Source: Lama glama
Taxonomy: Eukaryota
DNA: 64,000 nt
Direction: 5' to 3'
Assembly: GCA_028534125.1 (NCBI GenBank)
Contig: CM052817.1
Coordinates: forward strand, 86,554,001 to 86,618,000
A model generated the notes under the pieces. It did not search any database and was not told the origin of the DNA. It saw only the letters and a program-made list of their open reading frames with translations. Position 1 is the stretch's first letter; each line of letters begins with the position of its first letter. Below, in pieces: positions 11,995 to 22,829 of the stretch. The position numbers and the translations under genes were made by a program.

Positions 11995-14010
11995 TGGTCT
12001 GTTTTATCATCCACTTGTTAACAGAATAAAGAAAAAACACATTATAATCTCAATTAATGTAGAAAAAGTGTTTGACAAAATTCAACCCCTTTCTTGATAA
12101 AAATACTCAATAAACTAGGAATAAAAGGAAATAATTTCAGCACAATGAAGGCCATTTATGAAAAACCACACATACTTAGTGGTGAAAGACTAAAATTTTT
12201 TCTCTAAGATCAGGAGCAAGATAAGTATCCTCACTTTCATCACTTCTATTTAAAATAGTACTGGAAGGCCTAGCCAGAGCAATTAGGTAAGAAAAAGAAA
12301 TAAAAGTCATCAAAATTGGAAAGGAAGCCGTCTCTGTTCACAGACATCATGGTCGTATATGTAGAAAATTTAAGAGTCCACACAAGTGCATGCGTGCATG
12401 CACACAAGTGCCCGCGCACACACACACACTTGTTAGAACTAATAAAAATATTCAACAAAGTTGCAAGACACAAAATCAACACTCTAAAAACATTTCTATT
12501 TTGGTACATTAACAATGAACATTCCAAAAATAAAATTAAACAATTCCATTTATAATAGCATCAAATACAGGATAAAATACTTAAATATGTGTGTGTGTGT
12601 GTGTATCAATGGAATAGAACAGAAAGACAGAGTTTGAAAATAAACTTTCCCATCCATATATAGTCAAATGATTTTTGACAAGGGTACCAATAGAAAAAGA
12701 ATATAATCTTTTCAACAAATGATGTTGTGAAGACTGGGTATCCAGATGCAAAGGAATGAAGTAGGATCTTTACAATATACCATATACAAAAATAACTCAA
12801 GATAGCTCAAAGACCAAAGCATAAGAACTAAAACTATAAAACTCTTGGGAAAAACTTAGGAGAAGAGCTTTATAACACTATGTTTGGCAGTGGTTTCTTG
12901 GCTATGATACCAAAGCACAGGCAACAGAAGAAAAAATAGATAAGTTAGACATGTAAAAATTAAAAACTTTTATGGACCCAATGAATAGAATTAAAAGACA
13001 ACCCATGGAATTTGAGAAAAATACTTGGAAATCATATAACTGAAAAGAGGCTAATGTCTAGAATATATAAAGAATATATAAAGAACCTCTACATCTCAAC
13101 AACAACAGTAACAACACAACAAATAACCTGATTTAAAAATGGGCAAAGAACTTGAATAAGCATTTTTCAAGAGACATACGAATGGCCAATAAGCACATGA
13201 AAGATATTTAACATTACTAATCACTAGGGATGCAAATCTAAAGCACAATGACAAATCATTTCACACCCATTAGGATTACTGTTATAAGATACAATAGGCA
13301 AAACAAAATAAACAAAAAATAATTGTTGGTTGGAATGTAGAGAAATTGGAACTCTTGTGCATTGCTGGTGAGAATGTAAAATGATGCAGCTGCTATGGAA
13401 AACATAATGATATTTCCTCAAAAATTAAATATAGAATTGCCATATGACCCAGCAATTCCACTTCTGGGAATATACCCAAAAGTATTGAAAGCAGAGACTC
13501 AAACAGATGTTTGTACACCCATATTTATAGCAGCATTATTCTCAATAACTAAAAAGGGGAAAACAATCCACATGTCCATGGACAGATAAGCAAAATATGA
13601 TGCATACACACAATGCATTATTTTTTAGCCTTAAAAAATATGGAAATTCTGACATTTGCTACAACATGGATGAACCTTGAAGACATTATGCTCAGTGAAA
13701 TAAGCCAGACACAAAAGGACAAATACTGTATGATTCGACTTATGTGAGGTACCTACAATAGTCAAATTCATAGAGTCAAAAACTAGAATGGTGGTTGTCA
13801 GCGACTATGGGGAGGAAGATATGGGGAATTCGTGTTTAACGCATACAGAATTTCAGCTGGGGAGAAGAAAAAGTTCTGGAGGTGAACGGTGGTAATGTTT
13901 GCCAGATAATGTGAATATACTTAATTACACAGTTCTGTGCAATTAGAAAGTGTTTAATCCAGCAACTTTTATGTTATATTTTATTTATATTATTACCACA
14001 ATATAAAACA
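11995..14010 (+). mobile_element. LINE-1 (L1MA/L1MB-like) decayed ORF2 3' half plus 3' UTR
   Basis: RT remnants (EKVFDKIQ, SLFTDIMVVYVEN), ELPYDPAIPLLGIYPK, 3' UTR gaggtacct...gtcaaattcatagag. Confidence 0.93.
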
Positions 14011-14974
14011 GTAACCATTACTCTATGTACTACTCTTTGTGTTCCAACAGATGAATCCTTCTAGTTTACCAGTCAAACTTCATGACTACATTCAATTTTA
14101 AAAGGTCACATTGTATAGTACCCTTTTCTTAAGTAATAAGGAGCTCTTGTTTAATTGAATTTGTAGCAAGCTGATGAAAATAAAACCTCAGTATTTTGTT
14201 CAAGATTCTGACATCTGTTCCAGGTAGTGTTACCTCTAAGTTGAATCTTGACTGGTTAGAAAATAAGGATTCATCTTTATTCAAGTATTTCCTGGAAGCA
14301 AATCACACAGGCCAGAAAAGGGACTGTATTTATCATTAATCCCTCTTTCCCATTACAAAAATATTATGTTGTGAAAACGTAAAAGTGCCTAAATATTTTG
14401 AGGTTATATAAAAATTCTTGTCTGAATTCTAAGTGGAAATACATTATGCTATGCTTTGTGTTCAGGAGTTCACTTAGGTGCAACTTAATAAAGCTAATAA
14501 AGAAGAGCTGTTCTTTTACCACTCAAATATGGAACACGTTGTGCCAGAAAACTATCCCAAGGGAGTGATTATCATGTGATAACTGTATCCCCTCTTCTGT
14601 CTTACTGTTAATTAAATTAATTAATTAAGTGGCCTTTCCCCAAGTGGACTTGATTTAATGTGCCGCATGTAATTAGCAGCTCAGAAAATGGAGATGAGAT
14701 GATTTTGTTCATGGTTACACAAAGTCATGATCCAGTGAACTTTGTAATAATGTAAGTGGAGGAAGAGATTTTGATTTTTTTTAAATATAAAAATGTTCTT
14801 TGTTGGAAAAAGATAAAGCAGGAAGAGAATATTTTTGGCTGAAGTCTACTAAACATATATAATCCACATTTGTATTAAAGCTGTTGAAAACAATAGAAGT
14901 TGTTTGGGAATATAATATGGAATTCATACATTAATATTAATGGAATACATTTTACCCATGACAAGTAATATAAC

Positions 14975-15205
14975 TTGATAGCTAAGAGCACCAACTCTCT
15001 GACCACACCACACCTCCTAGATTCGAATTTCAGCTCAGTCATGTACTCTCTGGGTGATGGTTGGAAATGTATGTTATCTACACAAAACAAAGTTTCTGCA
15101 AATGTGGATAATAATAATGCCTACCTAATAAAGTTGTTGTGAAGGATTAAATGAGTTAATACACATAAAACAGAAAAAGCGATGCCTGGCACATAGTAAT
15201 TATTA
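14975..15205 (+). mobile_element. MIR SINE
   Basis: aaatgtggataataataatgcctacct...gttgttgtgaaggattaaatgagttaata...gcctggcacatagtaa. Confidence 0.85.
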
Positions 15206-16309
15206 ATGATTTTATTATTTTCATTGTATTACCCTATTTATGCCATTCTATTTATTAATTGCATATATGCAGATAGAAAATGAGTCATGTGCATCAAACT
15301 GTTGATTCATTATAAGATAGGTACATGTCAACAAAAACAGCTAGAAATAGAAGAAAATCACTACCTGATAGCTTTCCTTTTCTAGGAGAAAATAAACAAC
15401 ACTTACCTAGTTTCTATGAGACACCTTAAAATTGTTTCTTCTTTAAAATGGTCAGCATATGCAGAATACAGTAAAATGTGATTTTTCTCATTATGCATAT
15501 TAACTAAATTTGAACATTTGCATACAAAACAAGAACAAGTCAATATCGTAAATGAAATAGAACTAATATTGTTATTAATCTCAAATAAACACATTAAATG
15601 TTATAATGTAACAATTAATTTTAGAAGACCTTAAACATAATTTAATTTAAATATTTGATTCTTCACACATAGTTCTGTGTATTCAACACAAATATATAAT
15701 GATCTCAACTTATTCTCAAATACAATTCTATTTCTGCTTTTTGCAATGTTGCACAGTTTTTGTTTCCTCTTAATAATTTAAATGAAAATGCTCACCAGTA
15801 TCTTCATACAGATTTTTTAGTCTTACTGCACTATCCCTCTGTATTTCTAGCGTAGGCACACTCTCCCATATTGTTTATTGTTTCTTACCTGATCGCCTTC
15901 ACATGTGTTCCTTTGTCATCTTTTCTTCAGCTTTTCTGACTGCATTTCTGTCTAGGTTGTAGAAATTCTATTTGCTAGTCATCCTATTAAGTCATCTTTA
16001 TCCATTTTAGTCTATTCTAATGCTATCCTTGCCTCACATACCCAGAAAGTTTATTTGTAACTGCATTGCTTATTGCATTCTGTTTTGTATTTATGAATTA
16101 CTGTGTTTTGCCTGTAGTGTGTATTTTTCTTCAATGATCCGTATTTATTTTATGCATGTTTTTTAACTTCTGTGTGTTTAAATGTGTTACCTTCCTAAAT
16201 TATAAAATTGCTAAATGCATAAAGAAGTGGAAAATTTTAAAAAGCATAAACAGATGAGGCGAACACATTTCCAGCATCTAATCAAAAGATAATTTTAGTA
16301 TTGGTACAA

Positions 16310-16438
16310 ACAAATTCACACACATATATTTTATATACCAATGTTTTATATATATATACACACACACACACAGACACACACGTATACATAACACAGAGTA
16401 ACATATATGTGAAGTTACTCTGTGTGTTTTATATATAT

Positions 16439-16491
<53 letters not shown>

Positions 16492-16492
16492 T
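16310..16492. repeat. Compound microsatellite (TA)n/(CA)n and (CT)n(AT)n
   Basis: Directly visible. Confidence 0.95.
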
Positions 16493-16899
16493 CAGATTAC
16501 CCTAATCTTGAGTATTCGGAGTGGTAAAATCTTAAAACTTCTACCTGACTTTCCTCACTTTGGTCACTACATGGCTGAAAGATCTTGGTACCGATAGATG
16601 TGATCATGGGAGAGAGGCTGAGAATTTTAAAAGATGTGAAGAAGTGTATGGTGGTCTCAACTCAATTGCCTTCTGTTTCTCTTTGCACATAGTGACCAAA
16701 ATTTGTCTTCACAATGTTAATGTGAGAAAGCAGGGCTGTTTGGCATATAGTTTTATACTTTACTAAGTCGAAGCCTTAATTAATGTAAAAGTATTGCCCC
16801 TTACTATTTGAGTATGCTTCGATATTATTTTTACTCCCTTCAGACAGTAAAGCATGTCTACTTGTAGTGCATATGTAAAAAGGTATCAAATTGCATAAA

Positions 16900-18460
16900 T
16901 AGTTTTAAAACCACTTTTTAATGTATAATCAAGGTTGCACAATTTTCTATGCCATTAGTTAATGATATATAGTCATACAGTATACAGATATAAAGTAATG
17001 ATATATTATTAATGTTAATACCTTCATATTCTAATTTCATAAATTTATGACTTTTAGTGGATTTTCTTTTAATGTATGACATGACAAATGTTTTTACTCA
17101 ATTTTCAACCATGCTTTATTTCTGAAATAAAACCTAGTATTTTACAATATAATAGTCTAATACATTACTGTTATATTGTATGATTTTGGTAGTAATCATT
17201 TAAAACACATTAATCTTTAGTATATTCTAATAACTTTCAATTTTAAGATGCTTTTCACAATATCTAGTATTTTTGCATTATCTATCACATCACATTTTCA
17301 CACACCTATTACAATATCTAATACCAAACATAAGATTGAAAATTATTTTAATCAACTTCTCAAATTTTTAAAATCCTGAAAGAAGCTTGCAAATTCATGG
17401 TCCCTTCTTTTTTAACCTTTGGCAGTACTAAAAATGTAAGTCATGAAGAATCATGTAAATTTTCTATATCTTTGAATCATACTTGCTCATTTATACTTTT
17501 CTAAGAATTACATGTTTAATAACATGTAACATAATTTAATAACATCTTTAAATTTGGTCATGTACAGAAGTACTGTCTTACTGTTAATTAAGTGTACTAA
17601 ACAGAAAATACATTCTAATTTTCATTATCAAGATTTTTTCACTTTATCCTTTGTCTATGTCAGCTATTGTTTTATTCATTTCAGTGATTTTTTTAAAAGG
17701 ACATTCTGGAAAATATTAAGAAACTAAATTGTTTTAATTTTAGTAGTACTTCCTTTTGTTTCTTAGTTTCCTTTGATGTTCTTCTAACACTTGGATTGCA
17801 GATTCTTCCTCTTTTATAAAGTAGAACTAGCATTGTGTTTTATATTCTTTATATTTCCTGTTAAAAAGTAACCCATCTAATTATTCTATGAATACAGTTT
17901 TGGCTGCACCCCATATGTTTAAAGCAAATATTATTTTATTAACATTTATGTTCATAATACTTAATTTGAAAATAACTTGCAACTGGAATTTTAATATTTT
18001 AAGTAACTCAAACTATATTAATTATAGTACATTTTCTTTAGTTCTAAGCAGTTTCATTCTATTTCTGTTTTAAAAATGTTAGTACACAGCTTTATTTGAC
18101 TTCCACCCAGGGATATTACCTACACTCTCTTTAACATTTTTGAAATTTGTTCAATTTTTCTTTTAGAAATATAATGTGACCACACATTATAGGATCTTGT
18201 GCAGTTGAAAAACTAAACGATTATATTCTCTGTGTCAGTGAAAGATATGCTTCAAAAGAGGTAATCACCAACATTTATAAATGTGGTAATTTAACACCAG
18301 GTTATACATAAAAAGAAAACTTGACAGTGCACATTAGCCTTGAGATTTTTAATCCGTTTCTCTCTTTCTCTAACAGATCAATTACAGAAAAACATTATTA
18401 AAATAATAGAGGTGGATAATATAATTGATATTATTGATTTAATCTATATCAATTCTGTAC
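16900..18460. mobile_element. Very old LINE-1 ORF2 fragments, both orientations
   Basis: Minus-strand pieces (aatacagttttggctgcaccccatatgttt) and a plus-strand endonuclease-like piece at 18300-18460. Confidence 0.5.
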
Positions 18461-20649
18461 ATAAAAATTACTTTCTAGTCAACTTCTTATCTCAGCTTTC
18501 ACCTCCAATTTTATAAACTCTTTGCTTTCCATAATTTAAAACCATTATACTAACAGTAATACTGTACAAAGTTTATAAATCTAATGTCTATTTTAGATTA
18601 TGCTCTTGACTTAATAAAAGCTGTGTTTTTCTCCTTAGTTGAGTTACATGATTTTCCCAAAGGTCTCATTTTTTGTTGCTGTTGTTCCTGGTATTGTTTT
18701 TACACTATTTATTAATGCTTGACAAACAAGTGCCTCCTTCTTTGTTTATCATTCCAACACTGTGAAATATCAGCCATTTATCTCTTCACTGGTCTTTGGA
18801 ATATTTTTCACATATTCCTTATAGCTCTATAGCTGAATAATTATTTACATAAGGTTTTTTAATCTGATTCATCCAGCATCCTGAAGAATTTGGGAGACAT
18901 CTGGGACCTCCAGTTAGTTATTCCAAAAAGAGACATTTGTTTCTAGCAATTACATTTATTTTGTTTTCGTCTTTTGTTTGATTGTTAAAGCCACCATACT
19001 TGGGGCCACCTTTCAGATTTCTGTTACCGCTCAGCCCTCCTCTACTACAAGTGTCCTGTGGAACGTGGTCTGAAGGGTTTTCTGCATCCACTTTTAACTC
19101 TTCTCCACACCCTCCCAAAATAGAGAATGTAGGTACAGGTCTTCTTATTTCCCCAAACCAGTTTATCAAGAAGTCGTTTCTGAGTCATTATCTTATCATG
19201 TATCTGTTATCCCTGCCCTGTATCTGACAGTTTATGACAGCAATGGAAAGTATTTTCTAGTCCTGCACAATCAGTGCAACATTCACCGCAGTTTTATATT
19301 TCTTTCTGTGGCTGAGAGCTGCTTAGGTGGTGTCTTCAAAGCATAATCCTCAAAAGTTCTGATTCCCTCAAATTCATGATAAAAATTTGCAAGCCTTTTT
19401 TTTTTTGAACAATTGATGTAAAGCAGCATTATTGATCATTTTCTTGCAAGAGCCTCAGATCTTATTTTGTACCATTTGACACAACATTTCGTATTACTAA
19501 TTTTAGTTTTGAAGCATTTTTCCATTTAAAGACCAGAATTACATCAAAGGGCAGATGACGTATTTTCTGCACTCATGCTATTGATGGGATAGTTCTTCTT
19601 TCCTGGAGGACTTTTTTAAAGTCTGTTTTTAATTCACGTCTGTGCTGTTTGTATTACATAGCTGGACTTCTTACCCAGATTTATTTCTGGTATTATACTG
19701 TTTTATCTAAATGATCATCAGTGCCTTTTGCAATTCTGATTATCCAGGGGATTATTTGTCTGACAACCAAACCACCTGCCTGGAAGGAAATTATGCTGCA
19801 GCTGCACCAATTGTCAAGATTTATTTTCCTAGAGCCTTACTATGGAAAAATGTGTCCTTTATAATCTCAACCATTGTATTAGTAAAATATATGTGGAAAG
19901 GTTGGAAATATACATTTACATAATGGCTTAATCCTTATAACACATCTTTATGTCAACTCTATATTAAATCCTATAAGCAGATATTCAATATAGGCATACA
20001 TTTCTACCAGAACCTGAATCTATGCATATCTTAAGTGTTGAAACAGAAATAGTATAGTTCAAATCCTTAATAAAATGGGGGATTTTAACAATATTCTAGC
20101 CAACACACCATCTCAAACACATACTAGTTATTTTCTTTCAGAAAATTTAAGAAACATATTATTTTTGATCAAGAAGAAAAGTTTCAGTAGAGAATTTTTT
20201 TCTACACAGCAACATAAAAACACTAATAAAATTTTTGAAACCACTAACAGAATTTCATACTCTATAATTTATAACTGTAAGGTTTAGATAAAACTTTATA
20301 GAATGTAAAATACTTTAAGGCAATTCATAGAAACAGTATTTCCTTTATTTTCTCTAATATTAATTTTTTCCATTACTTTTAAGGAATATATATATTTCAC
20401 TAAGGAACATAATGGAACATATGTATGTATCATTTATTTATATTATATGTAGCAAATATCTAATAAGTATATTTATACTGTTATATTCCTTAAAGAAGTA
20501 TGTATGTATATTCAGTATTTTTCCTATTATATTCCTTAAAGAAAGCATAATAAAATACTTTCTATGTTACTTTATACCTTCCAAAGAGATTAACATGCAA
20601 CAACTCTCTCATAGTAAAAATATGATAAACACATGCATATATATACATG

Positions 20650-22100
20650 CATCATCTGGAGTTTAAAAAAATATCCTGGTTGATAGAAATGTGAATACAA
20701 GTGGAATTATATCTCCCACCCCATGAGAACTTTGAAGTAAGTACAGAAGTTTAATGATGTCACGAGGGAGCCAGGCACTTTTTATCTGTCTGCTTTGCTT
20801 TCTTTGGAATGTGCCTGTCGCCCTCACTGTTCTGCTCACATGCAAGAATCTGGAAGGATCCAGACCCTGCAACCTGTAGCAACTGTACATCTTCATTTGC
20901 AGCGTAACTTTTTTTTATTTAACTGTATATCCTGTATGAGTTCAGTAAGTACTCATAGACCTGTCTCAGCCTTTCAATGGCTGAGCATAATACCAAAGCA
21001 TATTATGATGTGAAAGTGCATTATTTAACATGTTTTATATTGTTTGACATTCATACTGTTTCTAATTTTGGCTAATATAAATAATTCTTTAATGATTACA
21101 CTTGCACTTTTGTTTTTCTGCATATATATAAATATATCTGTGGAAAATTTCCTAGCACCTGTAATGTTTTGAATAACAGTGTGTACATTTTAAATCATTG
21201 ATAAACATTTAAATTGTCACTCATGGCATTTAAAAGTTGACAGTTCCACCAGTGGTATATTAAAGTGTCATTTTACCAGCACTAATAGATGCTGTTCACA
21301 ACACTTTTCCATTTTTACCAGTCTGACGAATGACAAACAGGGTCCTGTGTACGGTGTTGTTATTCACCCCAGAAATAGACTCCTGTCTTTTCCTGAACAG
21401 GTCCTGAGTACCTAGATCTAGAGTTCTTTATGATTTCTCTTTAACTATCTAAGCTTCTCCTTAATCACAGGTTTGTCTCACTGTCTGTTGTGCTGCCAGA
21501 TGTTCAACCTCCACAGCCTAGAGCCTGGGTTAGCCTTGACGACTCATCTCACTGCTGTGCGTCAGTCTGAACCTTGACAGTGGTCGCTGCTAACTTTGGC
21601 AGTGAGAAAATTATGTCAGCACTGCCTCTTATTTTGTTCATTGACAGCTTTTTTTTTTTCAGTTCTTAACACTCAGTATATCACTCAGCAATTATAAAAT
21701 CTCTTAAAACCTCAGGCTGGATTTAAATAAAATGTCAAATGAAACAAAATAATCTTATCAACTCCAGCTGCAAGTGCATATTGGTGCTATGCTCTTTATT
21801 CTGCTCTATCATGTTCATTGTCGAGGGCCCTTTCTCCTTACGCAACTTTTTGAAAATATACTCACTGACAAGAATATAACAAATTAATCCAAGCTGAGAC
21901 AGCCATGGTGAAGGGACCTCCATTAACAGTCAGCAAGAGGGCAATTTGAGTCCATTTTTGAGCCGTTTTTTAGAATTTTGGCAACTGATTTTTCCTTTCT
22001 CTCAGGCATGTCAATTTTTAAGTATCTGTTTTCTTGACAGTGTGGTGCCAAAACTCCATCATTCAACCCAATAATCATACCGAAGTATCCATAAAAGTGA
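20650..22100 (-). pseudogene. Candidate endogenous parvoviral NS1/Rep remnant (copy A), interrupted by L1
   Basis: HCQ (22042-22034; cf. HCH motif 2), YIFKK (21860-21846; YxxxK motif 3), ANPG (21534-21523; cf. AQPG), VLRTCSGKDRSLFLG (21411-21367; cf. VLNRQGGKRNTVLFHG), RTVR...QRKQSRQI (20833-20783; cf. QTIRIDQKGKGSKQI). Confidence 0.45.
20905..21330 (-). mobile_element. Old LINE-1 (L1ME-like) 3' fragment
   Basis: tgtttctaattttggctaatataaataat...ttcctag...ttccaccagtggtatattaaagtg. Confidence 0.6.
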
Positions 22101-22329
22101 ATTTTTGTGTTTTATCTGTTTATCTTTGTGTGCTTGCTTAAATTTTAATTTTGCTCTTGGTCAGATAATCAACCAATGTCACTTTCTCCGCCTCCTTAGT
22201 TTCACATTTAATACCATTTCTATAACATCTATTTTCTAGATGGTGTTATTTTAATGAGGAAAGAAGCTGACAAAAATCTGAAAGTGTTACTAAGTGTAAG
22301 GATGTGACCATAACTGCTTTAAGCTAAAA

Positions 22330-22829
22330 NNNNNNNNNNNNNNNNNNNNNNNNNNNNNNNNNNNNNNNNNNNNNNNNNNNNNNNNNNNNNNNNNNNNNNN
22401 NNNNNNNNNNNNNNNNNNNNNNNNNNNNNNNNNNNNNNNNNNNNNNNNNNNNNNNNNNNNNNNNNNNNNNNNNNNNNNNNNNNNNNNNNNNNNNNNNNNN
22501 NNNNNNNNNNNNNNNNNNNNNNNNNNNNNNNNNNNNNNNNNNNNNNNNNNNNNNNNNNNNNNNNNNNNNNNNNNNNNNNNNNNNNNNNNNNNNNNNNNNN
22601 NNNNNNNNNNNNNNNNNNNNNNNNNNNNNNNNNNNNNNNNNNNNNNNNNNNNNNNNNNNNNNNNNNNNNNNNNNNNNNNNNNNNNNNNNNNNNNNNNNNN
22701 NNNNNNNNNNNNNNNNNNNNNNNNNNNNNNNNNNNNNNNNNNNNNNNNNNNNNNNNNNNNNNNNNNNNNNNNNNNNNNNNNNNNNNNNNNNNNNNNNNNN
22801 NNNNNNNNNNNNNNNNNNNNNNNNNNNNN
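22330..22829. other. Assembly gap (500 N)
   Basis: Run of N followed by poly-T; the three ~200-aa ORFs here are artefacts. Confidence 1.

Larger units (their letters stand above)
14280..19800 (-). pseudogene. Candidate endogenous parvoviral VP1/VP2 capsid gene remnant (copy A), fragmented by L1, MIR and microsatellites
   Basis: Collinear minus-strand motifs: FLPG...NPLD...KRH (PLA2, 19792-19721), GGFNNQT (18995-18975), QIKKPY, VKTI, DL-x23-*TLDL*TL (cf. DL-x23-ETLGFYPW), QIVRGNTFT (16810-16784), QPCFLTLT (16738-16715), KAIELRPPY, PWG*..W (~14560), QLF..IK/VAPK*TPEH-x9-RIQT (14510-14419), GTFTFS (14389-14372). Confidence 0.6.

Noticed and set aside
12270..13589. Several ORFs of 64-85 aa (also 25528-26159)
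   Set aside because: L1 ORF2 remnants or their antisense frames, not host genes.
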